Assembly: GCA_951406725.2 (NCBI GenBank)
Contig: OX597815.1
Coordinates: 16,616,001-16,680,000 of the forward strand
Source of the DNA: Octopus vulgaris
Taxonomy: Eukaryota
Direction of reading: 5' to 3'
Length of the DNA: 64,000 bases
The notes under the pieces are model-generated. The model saw nothing but the letters and a program-made list of their open reading frames with translations. It had not been told where the DNA came from and did no database searches. The translations under genes were made by a program, and so were the position numbers. Position 1 is the first letter of the stretch. Every line of letters begins with the position of its first letter. Positions 25,682 to 37,596 of this stretch are shown here, in pieces.

Positions 25682-26850
25682 ATCATCATCATCATCATCA
25701 TTGTTGTTTAATGTCTGCTTTCTATATTAGCATGGGTTGGATGATTTTGACTGAGGGCTGGTGAACCAGATAGCTGCACCAGGCTCCAGTCTTGATCTGG
25801 CAGAGTTTCTACAGCTGGATGCCCTTCCTAATGCCAACCACTCTGAGAGTGCAGTGGGTGCTTTTTATGTGCCACCAGCACAGAACCCAGTTAGCTGCTC
25901 TGGCAATGATAATGCTCAGATGGTGCTCTTGGCACCCTACTAGCAAATTTTAATTTTAGCTGCAATATTTTTATTGCAGCTAAAATTAAAATTTGAATAT
26001 TAAAACTTATTTTATTATAATTTACAAATAACACTATACTTATTTAAGTAGAATTTGGCTAATTTATTACCTTAAATACAGAAAAAAGTGACTAATTAGA
26101 CAAACTTAGAAATTAGCCGAACAGTTTTGTACAATAAATTTCAAAGATGAGAGCTGTAAAGAGTGATAAGTTAGAACTGACATTCTTTGCTGCAATATTT
26201 TAAGTAAAAAGTTTCTTATTCTTTACTTTGCTAGAAGTAATAGCTTGTCCTATACTTTTACAGGTGTAATAAATTTTCCTGTCCTTTTCCAGATTTATAA
26301 TCTTAAGAATATGACTTTTCATGCTCGCATTTTTCCATGTAATTAATTGTTTGTAACTTCTTCAATAATCATCATCATCGTTTAGCGTCCGCTTTCCATG
26401 CTAGCATGGGTTGGACGGTTCAACTGGGGTCTGTGAAACCAGAAGGCTGCATCAGGCCCAGTCTGAACTGGCAGTGTTTCTACAGCTGGATGCCCTTCCT
26501 AACGCCAACCACTCCGTGAGTGTAGTGGGTGCTTTTTACGTGCCACCCGCACAGGTGCCAGACAGAGCTGGCAAACGGCCACGGACGGATGGTGCTTTTT
26601 ACGTGCCACCGGCACGGGGGCCAGGCGAGGCTGGCAACGGCCACGATCGGATGGTGCTTTTTACGTGCCACTGGCATGGGGCCAGGCGAGGCTGGCAATG
26701 GCCACGAATGGATGGTGCATTTTACATGTCACTGGCACGGAGGCCAGTCGGGGCGGTGCTGGCAACGGCCACAATCAGATGGTTCGCTTACTTGTCACCG
26801 GCACTGGTATCACAGCCGCAATTTCCATTGATGTTGATCGACTTCGATTT
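25682..26850 (-). mobile_element. two RTE 3'-tail fragments (25682-25944 and 26368-26850)
   Basis: (CAT)n plus the shared tail. The second carries about 4.5 tandem ~62-bp units. Confidence 0.8.
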
Positions 26851-27907
26851 TGGTTCTGCTTTCTGATATCTGATTCTGTAATAAATATTACAGAATCAGA
26901 TATCAGAAAAATTTAGTGACAAGCTATACAGCATTTAAACCCCAACTCAAATATATCATGCTGCTAAAAAATTCCCCGATGATTCACATTGGCCATGTAT
27001 GTTGTATGCTCTTAGTTAATAAGAAATATAAGCTTAATTACAAATAGAGGGTTTAGAGTTGAAATTTTCTGTACCAACTCCTGATCATTGAGTAGATCTG
27101 TTATCCAAGGCATTTCATCCATGACCTTCCTATATTGTGCAGTATGCCCTTTCATTTTTTTAACACAGTAAGGTGGGATTTAAGGAGATTGGCTGTTATT
27201 TTTACAAGGATGTGCAACTATTTAGAGTGCTCCCTAAGCTGAATTTTTGATGCAGCTGTCATTTTATACAAGTCTGATTACTAAACTATTTCTCTGAAGA
27301 TACTATAAGCAGTTATTCTGTAGCTCTTTGTCATGTTGGGACTGCGAATTAAGAGGCAAGGGAAAAGTTGATTGAATCGGTCATAGTACTTCATTTATGC
27401 TTATTTGTACCCTAGAAGAATGAAAGGAAAAGTTGATCCTAGCAGGATTTGAACTCAGAGTGTAATTACTGTACAGAGCTGTGGTCCTAACCAGGCACCA
27501 TATAAGTCCTGAGGGTTCATATAATATTTTTTAGGGTTTGAAGTTGTATTTTAGGGATCAAGGAAAAAAAATTTTGCTTTACATGTATTTATTACAACCC
27601 CCCCCCCCCCAAAAAAACAATTAGGTTTCTTTTTTCAACGCTCCACAAAGTTCAACATGGTCCCTTGGAGGGTGCTACTGCAAACCTGCACAAGTGAACA
27701 TGTGGTAAACAAAATAGGAATTTTGAAAGAAGTATCTATAAAACTAGTTTTTGAACATTGATTGGCAGTAGGGGGTCTACCTGAGTAAAACTGTAATCAA
27801 AGGGTCCTACAGGTAAGAAATGGTTGAGAACCATTGTTATAGAGTATTAATTTATTTTCATTTATTATAAGGCCAGATTTTTAAAGAGTGACAGCATTTT
27901 CATAATG

Positions 27908-27970
<63 letters not shown>

Positions 27971-29617
27971 TTTTATCTTGATATAAAAATTATTAAATAC
28001 ATAGTGAAAAAGAAAAAGAGGTATAAAAAAAAAAACATCAATTCAACTAAACTAAGCGCCTCAATTTTAATCAGTATATTATTAGTATTTTATGGATTTA
28101 AAAAAAATTTCCCTTAAATATATGTATTGGTTTCTTATCACCAGTCGTATGTGTAATTTTTCAGAGAATAAGCATATAGTAAATAGCTTCAACAGGTTAT
28201 AACTACAGGTATTTTACTTGCGTACCTATATAATAATATGTTCACATAATAGAAATTTCATTCTGTCAAGCTACCATTTTGTAAGCTACTACAAATTTTT
28301 ACATCTGTGAACTGCTTCATTGAGAAGTTTTCTTGATAAAAAAATAAATAAATAGACTACTTGCACGTTTATTTACACAACGTTCATCCCCTCAAAATAT
28401 CTTGCCACTAACATTTTTTGGCGAAAGTAAAGAATACGTACACAGGGTGTTTAGGGTTAGGGTTACGCCGATAGCGGGTGGTGTCGTTATATATATATAT
28501 ATATGTAAGAGAACAAAGTGCACGTACGTCGCTATATATATATATAATATAAAATGGGACAAGAACGCAAAACACCCGGACAACTAGGTGATACAAAAAG
28601 GGACAACAAAACATCCAGATAGGTGATACAAAAAAACAAGGACGGGTCATTCGAAGCTTTCTATCCTCAGTCAAGAACCGGATCAACCTCGCAATTTATA
28701 TATATATATATATCATATTGATTTGATTTGTGTAGCATCCCGTTCTTTTATAATCGTAATCTATGCCGTTTGAAAGGTATTTATATAAAATTTCATCAAA
28801 AGATATCCATTTTCCTAAAAGTTATGAGGGGAAAAATTGGATTTTTTGCGAATTGTCCGAAAGTCCTCTCCCGATCCGTTGGCGCTCGTTTTTATACACA
28901 TTTTTTTTTTACACCTATTACACTATTTTTTTTTTATGACCGGGAGTTAAAGTAACCATTAACTAAATTTTTTTTGAGAACCATGTTTTCTGTTTGTATG
29001 AAAATCAGGAAAATCAAAATAAGTAAAAAAATTTATAAAAAATTAAAATATAAAAAAAGTTATTCCTAAAACTGCTGGTTTATAAATGTGGCGGTCGCTC
29101 TATCTATTTGCTAGGAAAAGCAGACAGATAACCCTTAGATCACCCCCTGCCGTCTTCAGTGTTTCTATTTTAGGCACCGGGCCCCATCAGTTTTGAAATG
29201 ACGGGTCAATCAATACCTTCAGCTCCTGTACTTAACAGGTACTCTATTTTATTGCCCCGGTCTCCGTAAGGATGAAGTTGATTTCGGAACGTATCGAACT
29301 AGAACAAAAATATCGCAATACATTTTGTCCGACGGAGGTGAAAAACATAATGTGGTTGTCACGGCTGGAATGCTTTTTGATCAGAGCCGAAATTGGACTA
29401 AACAACGACAACTGAGTTTATTAGTAAGGCATGTAGAGTTAAGTGATTTGACTAAGAAGATATGTAATGAATCGCGGTTGGGGTGTATGAATATGCAACA
29501 TGTAATGCGGCTGCCAAATTTCCGAGTGACGTACATTCCATATAACACTCGAAAAATATATTTATAAGATTTTTAGCAGGAGGGATAGAGTAAGTGTGAA
29601 GGAATGTGTTAAGCGTG

Positions 29618-30036
29618 GAGAGAGAGTGAGAGAGAGAGGGAAGGAGGGGGAGAGAGAGAAAGAAAGAAAGAAAGAGTGAGAGATAGACAGAGAAAGAAAG
29701 AAAGAGTGAGAGATAGAGAAAGAAAGAAAGAGTGAGAGATAGAGAGAGAAAGAAAGAGTGAGAGATAGAGAGAGAAAGAAAGAAAGAGTGAGAGATAGAG
29801 AAAGAAAGAAAGAGTGAGAGATAGAGAGAGAAAGAAAGAGTGAGAGATAGAGAGAGAAAGAAAGAAAGAGTGAGAGATAGAGAGAGAAAGAAAGAGTGAG
29901 AGATAGAGAGAAAAAGAAAGAGAGAGAGAAAAAGAAAAAAGAAAGAGAGAGAAAGAAAGAAAGAAAGAGAGTGAGAGAGAGAAAAAGAAAGAAAGAGAGA
30001 GAGAAAAAAAAGAAAGAAAGAGATATATATAGAGAG
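29618..30036. repeat. purine-rich (AG/AAAG) compound microsatellite
   Basis: Repeated GAGTGAGAGATAGAGAGAAAGAAA-type units; explains the spurious ORFs here. Confidence 0.95.
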
Positions 30037-31744
30037 AATGAATATGACGACATTAATACGTGGAATAAATATTTCTTAGAAATTCTAAGCCAAGGGAGGA
30101 AACCCATATTAAGCGGAAGTGTTGTGTCAAGGGAAGTAATAGTAATATTTTCAAGCAAACTTTCAGAAAAAGATCTTAAATATGTATTTTTCAGTTTAAT
30201 TCGAAGAATTACATCCACGAAAATGATTAATTATGATCCTTAAATTAAGTTAATATAATTTGTTAAGCGCAGTATTTCGCTGTACATTAATGGCGATGAC
30301 TTCTCCGTTAGTCAATACCTACAAATGTACATTTTGCTCAATGTATATATTAAAATACGACCACTTACCGCTAACCGTCCTCGTCAGGGGGTTGGGAGCT
30401 TGCTCAAGGAGGGTTTACTGAGGGCAAGACTGCTAACACCTGCAATTAATACTTAAACGCATCACTGTACCCGGAGGGTACAGGATAGGTGCAATTTTTG
30501 GAAATTCTCAATTTGAGAAATATTCCTAAATATTCAAAGAAAAGACTCTAACTGTTAATTTATTTCCCTTTTCTTAGTTCTTGCGTCAGTTCTCTATTAT
30601 TTCTTTGTTCTTATTCAGTTCATTTCGTTTCATTTAGTTTCATCTCACGAGCTGTGGCCATGCTGGGGCACTGCCATTAAATAGTTCTCTATTCAATATT
30701 CATTAAATCTAACTCAACGATGTCATGTGTATTTTGATCATGAACCATTCTGGAGGTTTTACAAACTACCAAGTTTAACCTAACATCTGTCCGCTTTTCC
30801 TAGCAAATAGATAGAGTGACCGCCACATTTATAAACCAGCAGTTTGGGAATAACTTTCTTTTTTTATTTACTTATTTTGATTTTCATACAAACAGAAAAC
30901 ATGGTTCTGAAAAACAAATTCAGTTAATGTTTATTTTAACTCCCGGTCACCAAAACAACAACAACAAAAAAAAAACGAGTGTAATAGGTGTAAAAAAAAA
31001 AGTGTATTGGCTGTAGGTGTCTACCTGAATAAAACTGTAATCAAAGGGTCCTATACTTTTACAGGTGTAATAACTTGTCCTGTCCTTTTCCAGGTTTATA
31101 ACCTTAAGAATATGACTTTGCGCCAATGAACCAATGGGGGAGAGGACTTTCGGAGCACTGTATACAATAATTTCATTATATTATTAGTTAAAATAGATAC
31201 CAGGGTGCTTGAGATATCACAACTTCTAGTCTGGAGATTCAGAAACTATTTTGGTGTTTAATGTAATGATGTACTGACTGACACACTGCAGAAAATATTC
31301 TAACTGTTCACATTTTTTGTTTGTATCTGTATCAATGAAATGTAGATTGTCCTAGATTACACCTGGACTTATCTTCTGAACTAATAGATGCAAGCCAATG
31401 TATTCTTTTATAAAGGACTTATTATATTTGAGTTTTTATTAATCTGTTTAGTAATAGCTTACTGTGGTATTAGAATAGGTACACAGTGTCCATGCATATT
31501 GTAAGAGTGGGCAACAAGAAGTGCATCTAGCTGTAAAACTGTGCCCCCAGGAAAACCTCCAATTCATGCCAGCATAGAAAAGCACATATAAAATTGTGAT
31601 GATGATAATATCAGTTGTAAAATCCAACATGACAAATGTGGCCAAACTATCATTCCCAAAGTCATACACTGTTCCCTAACATTTCATGTAATGAATAAAT
31701 GTTTTGTTTTTGCATGCAATTAATATATAAGATAGAGTAAATTA

Positions 31745-32125
31745 TCATCATCACCATCATAGTTTAACGTCCGTTTCCCATGCTAGCATGGGTTGGATGA
31801 TTTTGATTGAGGGCTGGCAACCAGATGGTTGCACCAGGCTCCAATCTTGATCTGGCAGAGTTTCTACAGCTGGATGCCCTTCCTAACGCCAACCACTCCG
31901 AGAATGTAGTGGGTGCTTTTTACGTGCCACCGGCACGGGGACCACTCAGGCGGTATTGGCAATGACCTCGTTCGAATCTTTTTACATGTGCCACCAGCAC
32001 AGGTGCCAGTGAAGCGACGTTGGTAACAATCACGCTCGAATGGTGTCTTTTATGTGCCATGGGTACGGAAGCCAGTTGGCTGCTCTGGCAATGATCACGC
32101 TCGGATGGTGTTCTTGGCACTCTAC
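31745..32125 (-). mobile_element. RTE 3'-tail fragment
   Basis: (CAT)n plus the shared tail. Confidence 0.8.
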
Positions 32126-32738
32126 AGGCAAAATCTACACATATTAATTTCTTCCTTAAGTTAAGATGAATTGTTGAATGGAGTAGTTATTGTTATTTGA
32201 ATCAACCTCATTATACTACTACTGCTACTTATCATCTCTAGCAGAGTGAAACACAAAACTAAGTCTGATGGGATTTCAACTTAGAGACTATACAGTATAT
32301 GAACAAATATTTTTTCACTTACATTTTATATACTGATTTGTATTGCGGTTTTGCTGGAGGATGTAGTCAACCATTGAAATTTTAGCTGACTACCAACTGC
32401 TTCTGTTAGACATTCACTTCTCCCATCGATAAAGACCCCAATTGGGATCTGATCATCATGCATTTAACAACAAACATGTATACTTATCTAATAACATCAG
32501 TAATTGTAGTTACATAATGATTTCACATTTAACATAAAAAAATATCATTTAATAACTTAAAAGTGTACAAGTATTTAACATCAAATATCATCATCATCAT
32601 TATTATATATATACAGGGTATACTCTCAAAAATGTATACACATTGAATGATATAAAATAAATAAATTTAACCTGTATCAAATATTTTTGATATTATCTTT
32701 ACTTAAAAGTTTTGTTACCTTTTTGTTATATTTCAAAG

Positions 32739-32802
32739 ATGTATCCTTATGCTGAACTAATTGTATGCGGATGAAAATTAGGAAGGTATCCACAGGTTCA
32801 AG
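32739..32802 (+). CDS. SELENOF: SELENOF exon 3 with selenocysteine TGA at 32772-32774
   Basis: Encodes MYPYAELIVCG[TGA]KLGRYPQVQ, matching the Sep15 redox motif VCGUKLGRFPQVQ. AAG acceptor after a T-rich tract; GTAAGT donor, phase 1. Confidence 0.96.
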
Positions 32803-33086
32803 GTAAGTCAAACTCAAGGATTTCCTTGTTGTTCTGGAGGAATTTTTTATAGAGTGTTGTTGGATTAGCTACTCTGGCTGTTTATACTTAACATTTTAGC
32901 CTGTTTATTTGATTTTGTCACCAAAAACTTCCATCAATGGAATGTAGTACTCCATCCATGTTGAAGATATTTAATTACAGACCCTTTAAATAAGAAATCA
33001 TCTAAATAATCTGTAAAGTTGTTAATGTTAAAACCTATAAGAAGAGGATGTTAAATATTTAAGCTTACAGATTAACTAAACTTATT

Positions 33087-33506
33087 GGATCTTTTCGGTT
33101 TGAAAGGCAGTTTTTAAAAATAATTTCCACGTAGCTAAACACTTTTAAACTTCGTATACTGGTAGAATGTGCTTATAAAACATCTTTTTCTCTTGGCTTT
33201 ATTGAGAAAATTCTATAGTTTGTAAGATATTTGTTGTTTTTTTTCTTCAATTTCTGCAATTTTAACCAATCAATGACGTCTATTTGAGGTGAAAACACAC
33301 TGTGCCGTATGAATATGTCCATTGTTTAAGAAACAGATTGGGTTTATTTACATTTCTGAATAAAAAAGATACATTCCCCCTAGCCCTAACTCTAACTAAC
33401 CCTAACACTGATTGAAATGCAATAGATCGATACTAGGGTCATAATTATGGGTGACAATTTCATATGACACCGCTAGAAAAAACTGCCGTTCAAACCGAAA
33501 AGATCC
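33087..33506. mobile_element. MITE with ~28-bp TIRs and 8-bp TSD (Merlin- or hAT-like) in SELENOF intron 3
   Basis: GGATCTTTTCGGTTTGAA...TTCAAACCGAAAAGATCC with TSD AACTTATT on both sides and internal CCCTAA motifs. Copy at 49906-50333. Confidence 0.9.
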
Positions 33507-33740
33507 AACTTATTTATAAGAACAGTAATTGTATCTTTATGTAGATTTCATATTAGGTATATATATATTTCTTATACAATTTTGTAACTCAGTCCCTTAA
33601 AAAGCCATGTTACAATATTTTATGAGAATGAATAACTGTGTGAATTAAGTTATAATTACTTTAGGAACTAATGAATTACAAAAGTCTGGTTTAATTTTCT
33701 TAACAAAATTACTGAATTATTATTTCATTTGTCATTTCAG

Positions 33741-33919
33741 CTTTTGTAAAAAGCGCTCGCACACAACAATTCCCAGGTCTTAAAATCAAGTACACACGTG
33801 GTGCTGATCCGACTATCCATCTGTTAAACGAGAACAGAGAAATAGTCGAAACCCTAGGAATTGAGAAGTGGAACACTGATTCTGTGGAGGCCTTCTTTCA
33901 TGAACGTTTAATGAAGTAA
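33741..33919 (+). CDS. SELENOF: SELENOF exon 4 (thioredoxin-like C-terminus and stop)
   Basis: TTTCAG acceptor, phase 1. Encodes AFVKSARTQQFPGLKIKYTRGADPTIHLLNENREIVETLGIEKWNTDSVEAFFHERLMK then TAA, with the Sep15 motifs IKY.RG.DP and KWNTDSV. Confidence 0.96.
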
Positions 33920-34073
33920 AAAAACCCAAAAAAAACACAAAGCATCTCTTCACCAGCTCTGCTATTCAAAGTAGCTAATATTGCCGACTAGTTTGGTAAT
34001 CTCAAAGTTTACCATCTACCACGTATACTTAATGTTATAGTTGGCTGGTCTGGTCGTAAAATATTAGCATTTT

Positions 34074-34158
34074 AGTAAATGATTTCTCTCTATGAAAATC
34101 TTACAAAAAGCTTAATTTAAGGTTGTAAGGTTGGATGCAAATCGAGAAAGCAATTACT
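34074..34158 (+). promoter_or_regulatory. SECIS element (type II) in the SELENOF 3' UTR
   Basis: ATGA (34092-34095) and GA (34134-34135) form the non-Watson-Crick quartet. Helix II is AATCTTACAA/TTGTAAGGTT (10 bp, one G-U), followed by unpaired AAA (34107-34109) and a CTTA/TAAG ministem. Helix I is AGTAA.TG.TTTCTC/GAGAAA.CA.TTACT. Confidence 0.9.
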
Positions 34159-34329
34159 TGAATTTCAGAGCTGCCTTATTTTTATATCTTTTCTCTCTCA
34201 AATCCCTCATTGTGGGTACTCAATAACAATATGATATTCCATTTATTTTTATCATGAAATTTCTTTGTTTTTCATAGCATTTCATGATATGTAACTTTCT
34301 GATATTTATTTCTGTTTACATGGGTTATT

Positions 34330-34335
34330 AATAAA
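34330..34335 (+). terminator. polyadenylation signal of SELENOF
   Basis: AATAAA about 170 nt after the SECIS, followed by CA and a GT/T-rich tract (TTTCTGTGTTTCT). Confidence 0.7.
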
Positions 34336-34375
34336 ATTTGTAACACATTTCTGTGTTTCTTAACATCATTTTTTT

Positions 34376-34597
34376 TGTTTACTCTTTTACTCTTTTACTT
34401 GTTTCAGTCATTTGACTGCGGCCATGCTGGAGCACCGCCTTTTTTTTTTAGTCGAGCAACTCGACCCCGGGACTTATTCTTTGTAAGCCCAGTACATATT
34501 CTATCGGTCTCTTTTGCCGAACTGCTAAGTGACGGGGACGTAAACACACCAGTATCGGTTGTCAAGCAATGCTAGGAGGACAAACACAGACACACAA

Positions 34598-34628
<31 letters not shown>

Positions 34629-34799
34629 CATATATACGACAGGCTTCTTTCAGTTTCCGTCTACCAAATCCACTCACAAGGCATTGGTCGGCCCGGGGCT
34701 ATAGCAGAAGACATTTGCCCAAGATGACACGCAGTGGGATTGAACCCAGAACCATGTGGTTGGTCAGCAAGCTACTTACCACACAGCCACTCCTGCACC
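34376..34799 (-). mobile_element. SINE family A just downstream of the SELENOF polyA signal
   Basis: Reverse complement of the 5272 copy. Confidence 0.85.
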
Positions 34800-34974
34800 T
34801 TGTTTAAAGCTAATTTATATTTCTACATATTAAAGATTCATAATCAAACTATTCATAACAATTTTTTCAGTATTTGTTTACCTGTTGGTTGGTATATTTT
34901 CTGATCATCTTCAGGTGCCACACTTTATATTTTGTGTTGAGGAATCAGCACATTGCAGTCACAGTAGGTTTTAA

Positions 34975-35372
34975 GGAGACCCTATGTGCTTGAGGAGGCC
35001 TATTGACTCAAGTACATCAACATCAAAAAATCAAATGGAAATTGTAGTTGTGATACTCGTGCCGGTGGCACGTAAAAAGCACCATCCGAATGTGGCTGAT
35101 GCCAGCGCCGCCTTGACTGGTGTCCATACTGGTGGCATTAAAAAGCACCAACCGATCGTGGCCATTGCCAGTCCCCTCTGGCCCCTATGCAGGTGGAGTG
35201 TAAAAAGCACCCACTACACTCATGGAGTGGTTAGCGTTAGGAAGGGCATCCAGCTGTAGAAACTCTGCCAGATCAGACTGGAGCCTGGTGCAGCCTCCTG
35301 GCCTCCCAGACCCCGATTGAACCGTCCAACCCATGCTAGCATGGAAAACGGACGTTAACTGATGATGATGAT
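34975..35372 (+). mobile_element. RTE 3'-tail fragment
   Basis: Shared tail ending in (GAT)n. Confidence 0.8.
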
Positions 35373-35641
35373 TATTATCATCTTCATTTAAAATCTATTT
35401 TTCCATGCTGGCATGGGTTGGACAGTTTGACAGGAGCTGGCCAGGCAGGAGAGTAGTATCAGGCTCCAGTTGTCTGTTTTGGCATCAAATCATACACCTT
35501 CCTATTGTCTCTCTCCAAGGAAGGACACATTGGATAATGGATTTCTGGATACACTGTCTTAAAAAAGGTACCTGATGGTCCTGGATGGAAAGCTTTGATC
35601 ATAGGTCTGATCAATCAAGCTGACCTGCTGCTCAACAATAT

Positions 35642-36055
35642 TCTTTTATTCTTTTACTTGTTTCAGTCATTTGACTGCAGCCATGCTGGAGCACCACCTT
35701 TAGTCAAGCAAATCGACCCAGGATTTAATCTTTGTAAGCCTAGTATTTATTCTACCAGGCCCTTTTGTCGAACTGCTAAGTTACAGGGAGGTAAACACAC
35801 CAGCATTAGTTGTCAAGCGATGTGGTGGGAACAAACAGACACACAAACATATGCACACACATATATATATAAAAATATATATATATACAAATACAACGGG
35901 CTTCTTTCAGTTTCTGTCTACCAAATCCACTCACAAGGCTTTGGTCGGCCCGAGGCTGTAGTAGAAGACTCTTGCCCAAGATGCCACACAGTGGGACTGA
36001 ACCCGGAACCATGTACTTGGTAAGCAAGCTACTTACCACACAGCCATTCCTGCAG
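35642..36055 (-). mobile_element. SINE family A
   Basis: Reverse complement of family A. Confidence 0.82.
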
Positions 36056-36387
36056 CATAATATACTTTATTTCATAGTATCTGGACAATGTATTTCCAAC
36101 TTTGGGTGCTTTTGTATTATTTTTCCTCCCTTTTTAACATTAGTATGTCGCTACAAGTTAACTAGAGAAACAAGACCAAGGAAACCACCTCATCCTCAGA
36201 CTCTTTGTTAAAGCCAGCCAGCTCATGTAACTGTAAGGGAGTGAATTCAGGACAGGTTTTCAGATCTCTTGAAACTGGTATGTTATGTATAGCAGTGATG
36301 TTTTTTCAAGTAATAGTTCTTAACAGCTGGACGTCCTTCATGCAATGATAAAGTAGAAGTAGAACCTTTTGTTTTTGTTATCAGATA

Positions 36388-36975
36388 AATGTTAGCATGC
36401 CGGGCGAAATGCGTAGCTGTATTTCGTCTGCCGTTACGTTCTGAGTTCAAATTCTGCCGAGGTCGACTTTGCCTTTCATCCTTTCGGGGTCGATTAAATA
36501 AGTACCAGTTAAGCACTGGGGTCGATATAATCGACTTAATCCATTTGTCTGTCCTTGTTTGTCCTCTCTGTGTTTAGCCCCTTGTGGGTAGTAAAGAAAT
36601 AGGTATTTCGTCTGCCGTTATGTTCTGAGTTCAAATTCCGTCGAGGTCGACTTTGCCTTTCATCCTTTCGGGGTCGATTAAATAAGTACCAGTTAAGCAC
36701 TGGGGTCGATATAATCGACTTAATCCATTTGTCTGTCCTTGTTTGTCCTCCCTGTGTTTAGCCCCTTGTGGGTAGTAAAGAAATAGGTATTTCGTCTGCC
36801 GTTACGTTCTGAGTTCAAATTCCGTCGAGGTCGACTTTGCCTTTCATCCTTTTGGGGTTGATAAATTAAGTACCAGTTAAGCACTGGGGGTCGATATAAT
36901 CGACTTAATCCGTTTGTCTGTCGTTGTTTGTCCTCTCTGTGTTTAGCCCCTTGTGGGTAGTAAAGAAATAGAAAT
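36388..36975 (+). mobile_element. SINE family B trimer (~184-bp units)
   Basis: Three head-to-tail bodies joined at GAAATAGGTATTTC (36596 and 36780). Confidence 0.88.
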
Positions 36976-37596
36976 AGATTTGAATACAGTACCAAACAGC
37001 TGTGTATTTCATTGAAGATCATCACATGAAAGTCTGTCTCTCTTTGTATCCTGATTCTTCAAAATAAAAAAAAAATGGAGAAATCTATGCAAACATCTTA
37101 CCATGTAACTATGCTTGTACCTATCATGGTGTGTGATTAAATCATAATTCACAAATTACATACTGGGTCTACATCTTGAGCATGTATGTGTCTTCACTTG
37201 TAGCTTTTTGGTCAAAAAGAGTCTTGTGAGTAAAATTTGATAAATGGAAATTCCAGATGTTGGGTTGAAGACAAAAACCTAACCAAAACCTTGTTAAACA
37301 TCATAAATTACCTGATTGGTACCTTTTGGTGAATCCACTCTGTTGCCAGCATTCAAGCTAAAAAAAGAGAAATGTAAAGTTTTTGGATTAGGATTAAAAG
37401 TCTGTGTCACTTAAAAATATGAAATATGTTAAGATTCATGTACCAAGAGGAGAAGGTGAGTTTGTGCAGGGTTCATATACAATGTGATGAAAAGTGCTGA
37501 AAGGCTGTGAATAATATTGAGGGGTTCTTCATCTGCAACCTTCCAACATGCTTCTCAGTTGAATGGTAGATTTAATCCAGCACCTGATTTAATACC

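Noticed and set aside
26527-26810. CRISPR-like repeat/spacer appearance
   Set aside because: The spacers are homologous to each other, the array is part of a LINE 3' UTR, the context is eukaryotic and there are no cas genes.
28641-28675. Hammerhead-like CTGAGGA...CGAA on the minus strand in a (TA)n-flanked insert
   Set aside because: Has GAAT instead of GAAA and no stem I pairing; at most a degenerate relic.
30355-30395. CTGACGA-GGAC...GTC on the minus strand upstream of a possible Penelope-like ORF start
   Set aside because: GAAA and stems I and II cannot be formed; too decayed to call.
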